A stretch of 64,000 bases of DNA. It comes from Obrimoposthia wandeli. Lineage: Eukaryota. The position numbers were made by a program, and so were the translations under genes. The notes under the pieces are model-generated. The model had not been told where the DNA came from. It saw nothing but the letters and a program-made list of their open reading frames with translations, and made no database searches. The stretch is taken from the NCBI GenBank assembly GCA_977020255.1, contig CDROCS010000253.1, forward strand, positions 1,240,001 to 1,304,000, read 5' to 3'. Position 1 is the first letter of the stretch. The number at the start of each line of letters is the position of its first letter. Shown one piece after another: positions 42,372-52,173 of this stretch.

Positions 42372-43762
42372 GTGAACAACAACCCTTTTGGTTTGATCAG
42401 GCATTAGCGACAACCGCTATGCCTGAAATGCCCAAGTTGACTGAAAAAATCACCGCTGACGTGTGTATTATCGGGGGTGGTTTTACCGGTTTATGGACCG
42501 CGATAAAAACTAAAAAACAAGCGCCCGAAAAGCGTATTGTTATTATTGAAAAAGGACTTTGTGGACAAGGCGCTTCAGGCCGTAACGGTGGCTGTATGCT
42601 TACTTTTTCAACCAAGTTTCAATCGTTAATACGTTTTTTTGGCTTAGAAGAAGCAATTCGTTTGGTGAAAGCGTCGGAGCAAGCAGTATTTGATATTGAT
42701 GAATTTTGTAAAACACATCATATCGATGCAGAAATTCGTACGGATGGTGCCATATATACAGCAACTAATAGCCATCAAGTTAATACGCTCAATCAGCCGC
42801 TTGATTTATTATCGCAGCATGATATTAATCAGTGGCAGCAGTTATCGCGAGAACAGGTAAATCGATCAACGGGATCTCATCGTCATTTAGCAGGTATTGA
42901 AAATAAAGCTGGCGGCTCTTTACACCCAGGAAAGCTCGTTTTAGGTTTGGTTAAATACGCTTTATCTATTGGCATTGAGATTTATCAGCAGAGCGAATAT
43001 AAAGATATTCACTGTGGAGAATTTCCCATAATAAAAACCTGTGAAGGAGAAGTTAAGGCTATAAAAGTTGTTTTTGCCGTTAATGCTTGGATGGGTAAAC
43101 TGTTTAAACGTTTTAATCGTCATATCACCTTAGTTTCATCAGACATGATTATTACCAAACCTATACCTGAGCAATTAGCTGAAATAGGTTTGCACCACGG
43201 TAAAGCTATTGCTGATTCACGTATTTTTGTCCATTATTATCGGACAACGCCAGATGGACGGTTAATGCTGGGTAAAGGCGGAAATATGTTCGCCTATAAT
43301 AACCATATGATTCCGGCTTTTGATCAGCCTAGCCGTTATAAAAATATGTTGGTTAATGCCTTTGAACAATTTTTCCCGACACTTGATAAGTCATTTGAAA
43401 CAACGTGGACTGGCGCCTCTGATCGTTCAACAACGGGTTTACCTTTTTTTGGCAGTTTATCAAAAGAAAATAACGTTTTTTATGGCTTAGGTTATTCAGG
43501 TAATGGTGTAGTGCAAAGTTATTTAGGTGGAGATATATTATCCTCTATGGTGTTGTCGGTAGACAATGCGTGGACACGTTCTCGTATGGCAAAAGGCCCC
43601 TTAGGAAGTTTCCCTCCTGAGCCTATTCGATACCTTGGTGCTAACTTAGTTAAACGTTCGGTATTAAGAAAAGAGTTTGCAGAAGATAATGAAAAACCAG
43701 CACAATGGTTTGATTGCCAAATGGCTAAATTTGCCGCTGCAGCAGGTAAATCTGATAAATAA
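42368..43762 (+). CDS. FAD-dependent aminophosphonate oxidoreductase (TIGR03329/PbfC-like)
   Basis: IIGGGFTGLW, GASGRNGGC, DSRIFVHYYRTTPDGRLM, GYSGNGV; ATGA-coupled to phnX. Confidence 0.8.
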   Translation: MSEQQPFWFDQALATTAMPEMPKLTEKITADVCIIGGGFTGLWTAIKTKKQAPEKRIVIIEKGLCGQGASGRNGGCMLTFSTKFQSLIRFFGLEEAIRLVKASEQAVFDIDEFCKTHHIDAEIRTDGAIYTATNSHQVNTLNQPLDLLSQHDINQWQQLSREQVNRSTGSHRHLAGIENKAGGSLHPGKLVLGLVKYALSIGIEIYQQSEYKDIHCGEFPIIKTCEGEVKAIKVVFAVNAWMGKLFKRFNRHITLVSSDMIITKPIPEQLAEIGLHHGKAIADSRIFVHYYRTTPDGRLMLGKGGNMFAYNNHMIPAFDQPSRYKNMLVNAFEQFFPTLDKSFETTWTGASDRSTTGLPFFGSLSKENNVFYGLGYSGNGVVQSYLGGDILSSMVLSVDNAWTRSRMAKGPLGSFPPEPIRYLGANLVKRSVLRKEFAEDNEKPAQWFDCQMAKFAAAAGKSDK

Positions 43763-43957
43763 AAAGCAGTATTATCACGGTATAATACAACAGACTGATA
43801 TCGTTATCGCATGTTCAGTTGTGTTATATCTTGTCTATTAAATCAATGCTTAGAAATCACAAAAAACTACACTTCACTCGCTATTATCATGTTTTTGTAA
43901 AATATTAACTTTATAATAAAGACCTATCGAGCTGTTATTCGTTGAGAAAATATATAA

Positions 43958-44659
43958 ATGTTACTTTATCAAAAAATTAGACAATACATTTTTGCGTTAA
44001 TTGCACAACAACCGACCATGAAAAAATTGCCTTCTGAGCGAGATCTACAAGAGCAATTCAAATCAACCCGTATTACCGTGCGTGAAGCGTTAATGCATTT
44101 AGAGATCGAAGGCATTGTTTATCGTCTAAATAGGAAAGGATGGTTTTTATGCCCACCGAGATTGCAGTGGAATCCAGTACAAAAAGTTAATTTTTATCAG
44201 TTAGCTAAAGAACAGTCGTTCTTAGCTGAAACGAAGCTTGTACATGTCAAAACATTAGCGAAGGGTAATCGTTTTTATTCCAACTTTAGTGATAAAACTG
44301 AAGAAGATGATTCGTCATTATTTGAAATTTGTCGGGTAAGATCGCTGGATGCGCGTCCGGTTATGGTGGAAGAAATATACTGTCAAACGAGAAAATTCAA
44401 GTCTTTAACGGATAAGAACCTTGAAGGGTCAATTACCAATATCTTTACCCAAGATTATGGCGTGATAATAAGTAGAGAAAGTAGTCGTATTTTTGTCACG
44501 GGACTGCCTGCGGATAAAGCACAATATCTACAGTTAAATAGCGGCGCGTCATGCTTGAAAATAGTACGAAAGCGTTTCAGTCCTGACAATGTTTTAGTCG
44601 ATTATAATGTTGAATATTGGGTGCATGGTGCGATAGAAATTAATGTAGCGAGTGAATAA
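43958..44659 (+). CDS. phnR: GntR/HutC-family regulator with UTRA domain
   Basis: LPSERDL..QF..TR.TVREAL..L..EG..YR.NRKGWF; C-terminal UTRA; located in the phn cluster. Confidence 0.85.
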   Translation: MLLYQKIRQYIFALIAQQPTMKKLPSERDLQEQFKSTRITVREALMHLEIEGIVYRLNRKGWFLCPPRLQWNPVQKVNFYQLAKEQSFLAETKLVHVKTLAKGNRFYSNFSDKTEEDDSSLFEICRVRSLDARPVMVEEIYCQTRKFKSLTDKNLEGSITNIFTQDYGVIISRESSRIFVTGLPADKAQYLQLNSGASCLKIVRKRFSPDNVLVDYNVEYWVHGAIEINVASE

Positions 44660-44721
44660 ATAAGGTACTTAGGTCATATGGCCAAGCGTAGACCTTATGT
44701 ATCCACTGTCACGAAAACCTG

Positions 44722-45822
44722 TTATTTCCAATAAATAGTTTGTTTAACTGCTTCAACTAATTGAATCATATCTTCAGGGTATATTTCGCCAATATTTCCA
44801 ATTCTAAAACAATCGGCGTTTGATACTTTCCCTGGGTAAATAACAAAACCAAGCGCTTTCAATTTTTGATAAAACTGTTTGAAGTTATAGCTAGGCTCTG
44901 CTGGTGATAAAAAAGAAGTAATAATAGGCGATTGTAATTCGTCAGGTAATAACGTTTGAAAGCCGAGTTCACGCATGCCTCGTACTAGTATTGATTGATT
45001 TTCTGCATAACGTTTAGCACGTGCCTTGATGCCTTGTTCATCATCTAATTCTATTAATGCTTGGAAAAAAGCTCTAACGACATGGGTAGGTGAAGTAAAC
45101 CGCCATTTACCGTTAGCGGTTTCCATAGTATTCCATTGGTCATATAGGTCTAAACTTAATGACTTTGCTTGGCCTTTACAGCCATTAATAAGCTCACGTT
45201 TCGCAATAACAAAGCCAAAACCGGGTACGCCTTGAATACATTTATTGGCAGAACTGATCATAAAGCCAATATCGAGTTCGCCAATATCAAACTCAATACC
45301 GCCAAAACTAGACATTGCATCGAGAATAAAGGTTATATCGTGTTGTTGGCATAACCTAGCTACGTCTTCAATAGGATTAAGCATACCGGTAGTGGTTTCA
45401 CAATGAACCATGGCCAAATGACTAATGCACTTATCTTCGAGCAGAATGGACTTTATTTCATTGATATCAGGCTGCTGCTCTTCATTATAATTTATCACGG
45501 TATGATTAAGTTTAAGTATTTGGCATATCTCAACCATTCTCTTACCATAAGCACCATTATTAATGATCAATACTTTATCGGTATCGGTAATTGCACTACC
45601 GAGTACAGATTCTACCGATGCCGTACCACTGCCTTGCATTAATACACTTGAATAGCGCTCGTCAGCGGTAGCGTATTTCGTAATTTTACGTCGAATACTT
45701 TCAACAATCTCGATGTTATAATCATCATCCCAAGTACACCAATCTTTTAACATGGCATGCTTAACAGTATCCGATGTTGTTAATGGGCCGGGTGTGAGTA
45801 GTTTGTAGTGTTGCATTATCAT
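44722..45822 (-). CDS. phnW: 2-aminoethylphosphonate:pyruvate transaminase
   Basis: [54 protein letters not shown]. Confidence 0.97.
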   Translation of the reverse strand: MIMQHYKLLTPGPLTTSDTVKHAMLKDWCTWDDDYNIEIVESIRRKITKYATADERYSSVLMQGSGTASVESVLGSAITDTDKVLIINNGAYGKRMVEICQILKLNHTVINYNEEQQPDINEIKSILLEDKCISHLAMVHCETTTGMLNPIEDVARLCQQHDITFILDAMSSFGGIEFDIGELDIGFMISSANKCIQGVPGFGFVIAKRELINGCKGQAKSLSLDLYDQWNTMETANGKWRFTSPTHVVRAFFQALIELDDEQGIKARAKRYAENQSILVRGMRELGFQTLLPDELQSPIITSFLSPAEPSYNFKQFYQKLKALGFVIYPGKVSNADCFRIGNIGEIYPEDMIQLVEAVKQTIYWK

Positions 45823-45834
45823 TACCTTAATTTT

Positions 45835-45846
45835 TGGTCTAGACCA
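45835..45846. promoter_or_regulatory. PhnR operator in the phnW/TSUP divergent region
   Basis: Perfect TGGTCTAGACCA 13 nt upstream of the phnW start. Confidence 0.85.
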
Positions 45847-46065
45847 GATTTTAAGGGGACACTATCTAATGTACAATAGGGATAATATAGGTTTCACAAA
45901 AGTGTCATTTACCGGATAAGAATAGATTATAATACTTGTCAATATAAGTTTTTATTTTCAATAGGTTATACCTTTTTATTGGTGTGTTTCTATTTTATAG
46001 TCGCTTTACTGTGTTTTATTTTAGCAAAAGCTAAACTTTTTATTATTTATGAGCAGGAGACTAAC

Positions 46066-46821
46066 TTGGAGTTAGCATTATTTTCCTATGAACTACTGAC
46101 ATTTTTATTCTTTGTGGCTATCGTTGCTGGCTTTTTAGATACCTTGGCAGGCGGTGGTGGTCTATTAACGCTACCGGCTTTGATGATGGCAGGCTTACCT
46201 CCTTTGTCTGCATTAGCCACTAATAAACTGCAATCAAGTATGGGAGTAGCCACCGCAACCATGATGATGATACGAGGTCGTCGAGTACGCTGGCATCAAG
46301 TGAAGTACTTAATGTTATCAGGCTTTATCGGCTCGGCGATAGGTACAGTGATTGTTCAGTTTGTTGATGCACAAATGCTAACGCTTATTATCCCTGTGGT
46401 GATCACTTTTATCGGACTTTATTTCCTCGTTACACCTACTGTAGATGAAGAAAATAAGCCTGCTAAAGTCTCGTCGGCAAATTATAAGAACTGGGTTATA
46501 CCAATCATTGGTTGTTATGACGGGATTTTTGGCCCAGGTACAGGGTCATTTTTTACCTTGGCTGGTCGAGCGTTACGTGGACAGAAATTTCTTGAAGCGA
46601 CAGCAATAGCCAAAACGCTAAACTTTGCCACTAATATTGCCTCGCTTATTGTTTTCATCTTTGCTGGGCAAGTGATCTGGATGGTTGGGTTAACTATGAT
46701 GGCAGGTCAATTTATTGGAGCGTGGTTAGGTTCACATTACTTGTTCAAAGTACCGGTTAATTACTTACGCTATTTGGTGGTGTTCATGTGTTTTGCTATG
46801 TTAATTAAATATGTACTCTAG
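46066..46821 (+). CDS. TSUP (TauE/SafE, YfcA-like) membrane protein
   Basis: AGFLDTLAGGGGL, LATNKLQS, GCYDGIFGPGTGSF, AKTLNFATN; TTG at 46066 behind AGGAGA (ORF from 45979). Confidence 0.9.
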   Translation: MELALFSYELLTFLFFVAIVAGFLDTLAGGGGLLTLPALMMAGLPPLSALATNKLQSSMGVATATMMMIRGRRVRWHQVKYLMLSGFIGSAIGTVIVQFVDAQMLTLIIPVVITFIGLYFLVTPTVDEENKPAKVSSANYKNWVIPIIGCYDGIFGPGTGSFFTLAGRALRGQKFLEATAIAKTLNFATNIASLIVFIFAGQVIWMVGLTMMAGQFIGAWLGSHYLFKVPVNYLRYLVVFMCFAMLIKYVL

Positions 46822-46944
46822 CGAACTAAATATAAAGCCATTTTGGACATCAAAAATGACTATTCTATTGTGATTAACAGCTGTCTTCCCGTTTCTTTAA
46901 TCTGTTTTCAGTTCATCGCATCACCCAGGTTATCGGACTCTCCG

Positions 46945-47241
46945 CTAAATCGTCGTTAAAATGACAAGTTCCTCAGAAAATAAATCACTAAGAAAAATGA
47001 GTGCAGGAAGCACATGGAAGTAGCTACGCATAAAAAATTGAATAGTTTTATTGGCATGATTAAGCTCCATAAAATAATCCATAATGCGCCTGCCTTTATA
47101 GGCTATAGAGCAACAAATAATGGCAGTAATGGCTAAGCTCGGTTCGGCTGTTTCTGCAACAAAGGCATTAGCAGAAGTAATGATCATCAACAAGACCCAA
47201 GAAATATCCAATGTATTGAGTGTGAAATTCTTTTTTAGCAT
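46945..47241 (-). CDS. Cytochrome oxidase subunit IV / NorF-like small membrane protein
   Basis: SW..LM..T, K...IMDYFMELNHA; follows the subunit III-like gene. Confidence 0.75.
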   Translation of the reverse strand: MLKKNFTLNTLDISWVLLMIITSANAFVAETAEPSLAITAIICCSIAYKGRRIMDYFMELNHANKTIQFFMRSYFHVLPALIFLSDLFSEELVILTTI

Positions 47242-47250
47242 GAGTATTCC

Positions 47251-47871
47251 TTATCTCAGCACATATAAAAGTGGGAAAATAATGACCCAAGCTAAATCGA
47301 CCATATGCCAATAACAAGCAATAGCAGTAAAGCCGAGATGATTATTTTGAGTATAATTACCTGCTTTTAGTTGGCGAATAGCCCATAACAAACTTCCGCT
47401 AGCCCAGGTAACATGAAGTAAGTGATTAAAGGTGAGGTAGTAATATACGGTATAAAAATTATTGGTATTAGTGGTTATGCCTTGATCAACATTCCAATGA
47501 TATTCCCAAATTTTTATTACCAAATACACTCCACCACAAAACACTGCTCGCCATAACCAAGTAATACTCTTTTTAGGATCATTTAATCGAACCGCTGCCA
47601 ATGCCTTGGCAACAAAATAACTGCTGCTGATCAGGGCAAAGGTATTGAATGTGCCAGCTAATGTATTTAGTTTTAACGGCCCTTGATTGAACTGTTCGGG
47701 GTAGTGCGCTTTTGCAATAAAATAGACTAGAAAAAACAAAGCAAACTCTGTCATTTCGGCGAAGATACCTACCCAAACAGCTCTGTTACCTGGTATTTTA
47801 TTAAGCGTTTCTGGTTCTTTAGTGACAGTGCCACTACCATTTAAATAAAAACTCTCCACAATGGTTGTCAT
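47251..47871 (-). CDS. Cytochrome oxidase subunit III / NorE-like protein
   Basis: WVGIFAEMTEFALFF, YYYLTFNHLLHV, YWHMVDLAWVIIFPLLYV. Confidence 0.85.
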   Translation of the reverse strand: MTTIVESFYLNGSGTVTKEPETLNKIPGNRAVWVGIFAEMTEFALFFLVYFIAKAHYPEQFNQGPLKLNTLAGTFNTFALISSSYFVAKALAAVRLNDPKKSITWLWRAVFCGGVYLVIKIWEYHWNVDQGITTNTNNFYTVYYYLTFNHLLHVTWASGSLLWAIRQLKAGNYTQNNHLGFTAIACYWHMVDLAWVIIFPLLYVLR

Positions 47872-47952
47872 TGGGCTACCTTATATATTTTTTTCATAAG
47901 AGTAAGCGCTTAGTAAACGCTTACTCGCTAATTAACTTCAGGTTTTATCCGG

Positions 47953-49371
47953 TTAATTGCTAAAAAACACACTACTTTTTTCTAATAGAATAGTCGGTTG
48001 CTCTATAGCTTGAATAGCAAAAATAATATTTGTCATTTTTTTCTCAAGTTCGTAACCGTCAAGCGCGATAGTGACAGGAAACTCTTGCATTGCACCTGGT
48101 CCTATCAGTACGTTACTGGGTAACTGACTATTGAGGTTCTTGGGCAGTGTTTCACTGATGACAGCTAAATCAGCAACCTTAATAGCAAAGTGCAGCGGTT
48201 GTTGGGTTTTGTTGAGAATTTTAAAGGTATAGGTATTTTCTACTAACCCTTCAAAGTTAACTCGGTAAAGTGCATTTCTATCACGTAAAATTGATGCTTC
48301 TAGCGGGATCCTTGCGTTAATCCATAATGCCATGGCAGAGATAAATACGATGCAAAGGCTAGCATAGCCAATAAGCTTGAAGCTGAAACCTTTCGGTTTT
48401 TTTCCTGCTAAGGCATTTTCACTGGTATAGCTGATTAAGCCTTTTTCGTAGTTAAATCGGGTCATGGTTTCATCACAGGCATCTATGCATAAGGCACAAT
48501 TTATACACTCATATTGCATACCGTTGCGAATATCAATGCCAGTAGGGCATACTTCAACACATAAATTACAGTCAACACAATCGCCTAAGCCTTTCTCATC
48601 TTTTAAGGCTTTAGGATCATCTTTACGTTTACGAGCACCTCGGTTTTCACCTCGAGTTGCATCATATGCGACCAATAACGTATTTTGATCAAACATGGCT
48701 GATTGGAATCGCGCATAGGGACACATATCGGTACATACTTTTTCTCGTAACCAGCCAGCATTACCGTAAGTACATAAGGCAAAAAACAATACCCAAAAGG
48801 TAACTAATCCAGACGATTGTAAGGACATAAGATCGCTATACAAACTAAATGCCGGGATAAAATAGGAAATAAAGGTAGTGCCGGTAAGTAAAGACATGAG
48901 TAACCAAATACTGTGTTTTAGTGTTTTTTTCTTGAGCTTATTGATACTCCATGGTGCTTTATCAAGGGCTTTACGTTGGTTACGTTTTCCTTCTACCCTA
49001 TGTTCAACCCAAATATAAGCTAACGTCCAAATTGTCTGTGGGCAGGTATAACCGCACCAAACTCGTCCTAGCCAAGAAGTGATAAAAAATAATGCAAAAG
49101 CGGCAACCATAAAAATTCCAGCAAGCAAAATAAAATCTTGTGGCCAAAAAGTGACGGCAAATATGCGAAATTGTTGCTGCTCAATATCAAATAAAACGGC
49201 TTGTTGACCATGATATTGTAAAAAGGGGATACTGATAAAAGTCAGCATTAATAACCAGCTAAGTAAGCGACGGTAATTTTGGTATATGCCTTTTTGTTCT
49301 CTTACATAAATCGAGTCTTGTGATTTATGTGGCTTAATGATTAGTTGCTCTTCTTTAATATTAAACTTCAT
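47953..49371 (-). CDS. CcoG/FixG-family 4Fe-4S membrane protein
   Basis: GRVWCGYTCPQT, CTDMCPYARFQS, CVDCNLCVEVCP, CINCALCIDAC, C-terminal FixG Ig-like domain. Confidence 0.92.
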   Translation of the reverse strand: MKFNIKEEQLIIKPHKSQDSIYVREQKGIYQNYRRLLSWLLMLTFISIPFLQYHGQQAVLFDIEQQQFRIFAVTFWPQDFILLAGIFMVAAFALFFITSWLGRVWCGYTCPQTIWTLAYIWVEHRVEGKRNQRKALDKAPWSINKLKKKTLKHSIWLLMSLLTGTTFISYFIPAFSLYSDLMSLQSSGLVTFWVLFFALCTYGNAGWLREKVCTDMCPYARFQSAMFDQNTLLVAYDATRGENRGARKRKDDPKALKDEKGLGDCVDCNLCVEVCPTGIDIRNGMQYECINCALCIDACDETMTRFNYEKGLISYTSENALAGKKPKGFSFKLIGYASLCIVFISAMALWINARIPLEASILRDRNALYRVNFEGLVENTYTFKILNKTQQPLHFAIKVADLAVISETLPKNLNSQLPSNVLIGPGAMQEFPVTIALDGYELEKKMTNIIFAIQAIEQPTILLEKSSVFFSN

Positions 49372-49408
49372 GGATTATTTACAGGGTAATAATTGAGTAA
49401 TTACCCTA

Positions 49409-49426
49409 TTTCAATAAATGAGCCAA
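49409..49426 (-). promoter_or_regulatory. Sigma-54 -24/-12 promoter candidate for the ccoG-like operon
   Basis: TTGGCTCATTTATTGAAA versus TGGCAC-N5-TTGC (GA instead of GC at -12). Confidence 0.55.
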
Positions 49427-49488
49427 CATTTTCATTATTTAAGTTATTGTATTTTATGTAATTAATTTAAGGTGGCAAAGGTGTCGTC

Positions 49489-49520
49489 CACGATATATCG
49501 CGCAGTAGTGATATATCGTG
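49489..49520. promoter_or_regulatory. Tandem enhancer palindromes for the sigma-54 activator
   Basis: CACGATATATCGCG (49489-49502) and AGTGATATATCGTG (49507-49520), about 65-95 bp upstream of the -24 element. Confidence 0.7.
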
Positions 49521-49542
49521 GCTTTGGGGTGGGTAAGGTGAA

Positions 49543-50967
49543 TTATTCCCGGCTGATATTAAGTTTTTTCATGCGAGATCTCAGTGTACTATCGGGCATA
49601 GCCAGTATTTTAGCTGCGCCATTATCACCGCCAATACGCCACTGACAGTTGCTTAATACCTCCATAATGTAAGCTTTTTCAATGTCTGCAAGTGGCTTAT
49701 TAGCCGTATTTTTAACTTGATGGCTTTTAGAGAAGTCTTGCTGGATATTAAGCAGTTCTGAACTGGATAGAATGACTTCACGCTCTAAAATATTTTGCAG
49801 TTCGCGTATATTACCGGGCCAATGATAACCGGCAAGTTTGGTTAAACTACGTTTGTTTATGCCTTTAATATTTTTATTAAGCTTATTATTTAATTGCTTT
49901 AGTATGCCGTGGCACAATAAAGGAATGTCTTCTATACGCTGCCTTAGGGTAGGTATAGTGATGGGGAATACATTTAAGCGATAATATAAATCCATTCTAA
50001 ACAAACCTTGCTCTACCATGGTAAATAAGTCCCTGTTGGTGGCAACAATAATTCTAATATCAACTTTAATTGTTTTATTGCCACCGACACGCTCAAGTTC
50101 TCGCTCTTGTAATACGCGTAATAATTTACTCTGTGCTTCAAGTGATAACTCACCTATTTCATCTAAAAACAAAGTACCTTTATCGGCGAGTTCAAAACGA
50201 CCACGCCGTTTTTCAATTGCACCAGTAAAAGCGCCTTTTTCGTGTCCAAAAAGTTCTGATTCTAATAAATTTGCAGAAAATGCTGCACAGTTTACTTTCA
50301 CTAAAGGGCTACTTTTACGTTGACTCAATTGGTGTAAATTACGAGCAACAAGCTCTTTACCGGTACCATTTTCACCAAGAATAAGTACTGTACTATCCGT
50401 TTGTGCGACCAGTTTTATTTGCTGTAACATAGCTAGAAAGTTTGGACTATTACCCTCTAAGCCTGAGCCATGCCAACTTTCATTAATCTCATCTTGTAAG
50501 TAACTATTTTCTGCTTGCAGTTTTTCAGTGAGGTCTTGTACTTTTTTCAACGCAGCGCGCAGGTTACTATCGGCTAGTCTTTGTTGACTGACATCACGAA
50601 AAACAGCAACCGCACCGATGAGTTCGCGGTCTTTAAAGACGGGAGTTGATGTGTACTCTACGGGGAAGCTAGTACCATCTTTGCGCCAAAATATTTCATC
50701 AGTAATTTTACGTTCCAAACCATCACGCATGGTATTATAAATATTACACGCTTCGCTAGGGTATGGTTCACCATTGGTATGAGTATGATGATGATATTTA
50801 TGAATATTTTTACCCAGTAATTCTGCTGACTTCCAACCAGTCATTTGTTCAGAGGCAGGATTCACAAAGACAGCATTACCTTCTCTATCAAAGCCATAAA
50901 CACCCTCACCGACGGCATTGAGCAGTAGTTGAGAGTCAGCTAAAAATTCTTTTATATTTACAGACAT
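49543..50967 (-). CDS. PAS-domain sigma-54 enhancer-binding protein
   Basis: PAS (GVYGFD, NP, FWRKDG), GENGTGKE, ESELFGHEKGAFTGA, LFLDEIGE, FRMDLYYRL, WPGNIRELQN, Fis-type HTH; ATG 50967 preferred over 51000. Confidence 0.95.
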   Translation of the reverse strand: MSVNIKEFLADSQLLLNAVGEGVYGFDREGNAVFVNPASEQMTGWKSAELLGKNIHKYHHHTHTNGEPYPSEACNIYNTMRDGLERKITDEIFWRKDGTSFPVEYTSTPVFKDRELIGAVAVFRDVSQQRLADSNLRAALKKVQDLTEKLQAENSYLQDEINESWHGSGLEGNSPNFLAMLQQIKLVAQTDSTVLILGENGTGKELVARNLHQLSQRKSSPLVKVNCAAFSANLLESELFGHEKGAFTGAIEKRRGRFELADKGTLFLDEIGELSLEAQSKLLRVLQERELERVGGNKTIKVDIRIIVATNRDLFTMVEQGLFRMDLYYRLNVFPITIPTLRQRIEDIPLLCHGILKQLNNKLNKNIKGINKRSLTKLAGYHWPGNIRELQNILEREVILSSSELLNIQQDFSKSHQVKNTANKPLADIEKAYIMEVLSNCQWRIGGDNGAAKILAMPDSTLRSRMKKLNISRE

Positions 50968-50997
50968 ACTCTGTTTTCTCTTGGTAAAAATCAGATG

Positions 50998-51011
50998 CAC
51001 GATATATCGTG
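50998..51011. promoter_or_regulatory. Perfect palindrome upstream of the activator gene (autoregulation candidate)
   Basis: CACGATATATCGTG, same motif as 49489. Confidence 0.7.
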
Positions 51012-51195
51012 GCGTAGTGATAGCTTATCAGATATAGGGGGAAAAATCAGGCGGGAGATCTATAAAGTGCTGGTATTAAAAGCGCGTGTTTAAGAATAAT
51101 TAGTGCGCTTTTATTTTTTCAAATGAAGCAGGGAGAAGATAGAGAAAAAAATGGTACAAAGAACTCAATATTTTGTTGAGTTCTTTTAGTCACTA

Positions 51196-52173
51196 TTACT
51201 GTTTATTTAAAGCAGATAATTCTTTTTGCGCTAAAAAATTATCCATTTTTGAACGTAATAGTTTGTATAGCAGAATAGAGCCGTCTATTTCTTCTTTACG
51301 ATTAGTTAAACTCTCAATATTTAAACCGAGAGGTAAATCATATGGGAGCACAGCATCTAAGATTTGTTGCAAGCTATTGACACAAAAACGAATTGATTCA
51401 TATAAAGGACTCTCCGCATTAAGAATACGTAAACTAGTCGCTTCGGGAACGTTGACGCCTAACCATTCAATAAACTCTAAGGTTTTTTCACTGCCACATG
51501 GCGAGAATGTTAAGATCAAGCGTTGTGGTTTTATCCCTTGTTTTTGACATTCAATAGCATAACGTGTCAGTAAGTCTATGGTCGCTTGTGGATTGTATAT
51601 CGCTTGAGAAATAAAGAAACTACAGCCTTGTTGGTGTTTTGCCATTAAGCGCTCATGTTCATTTTTATTACTAGCATGGCGCTCAGCAATCGTTACACCA
51701 CCAATAAAGAAATCATGCGGGTTATCTACTAAGGTTTTATAAGCATTAGCCAATGATAAAGAAATTTTATTATTTTTTGATGGACTACCAACCAGTACCA
51801 CATCTTTTACACCATATTTTTGCCACGCTTCGTTTGCCCACTCATTAAAGTCATCACTATTAGATTGAATAACACTTTTATAGGTAATGACAGGACGATG
51901 AGATTTTTTATTCAATAAAGAAGAATAAAGCCTAGTATCATGAGTTGATTTAAACGGGAAAGGTCGAGGTTTGCTAACACGCGAATTTTCATCTTGAATG
52001 TCATAAACAATCAGACCATCAAAGTCGATATCACTGACGCGCTCAAGCAATTTTTCGGCAATTTCGCTCACTTTATCAAGTGGTGTATCACTTTTAGGTG
52101 GTGTGGTGCCAATAAAGTAGACGCCTCGATTAATATCATTGTATCTGGCTTGAAGCTCTGATTGTATGGTCAA
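51196..52173 (-). CDS. Methylenetetrahydrofolate reductase-like protein
   Basis: GTTPPK, YDIQDE, FIGGVTIAERH, GCSFFISQAIY; divergent member, activity uncertain. Confidence 0.65.
   Translation of the reverse strand: MTIQSELQARYNDINRGVYFIGTTPPKSDTPLDKVSEIAEKLLERVSDIDFDGLIVYDIQDENSRVSKPRPFPFKSTHDTRLYSSLLNKKSHRPVITYKSVIQSNSDDFNEWANEAWQKYGVKDVVLVGSPSKNNKISLSLANAYKTLVDNPHDFFIGGVTIAERHASNKNEHERLMAKHQQGCSFFISQAIYNPQATIDLLTRYAIECQKQGIKPQRLILTFSPCGSEKTLEFIEWLGVNVPEATSLRILNAESPLYESIRFCVNSLQQILDAVLPYDLPLGLNIESLTNRKEEIDGSILLYKLLRSKMDNFLAQKELSALNKQ

Noticed and set aside
46840-46945. Possible start of a deleted norC-like gene after norF
   Set aside because: Coding-looking but no recognisable motif or sustained frame
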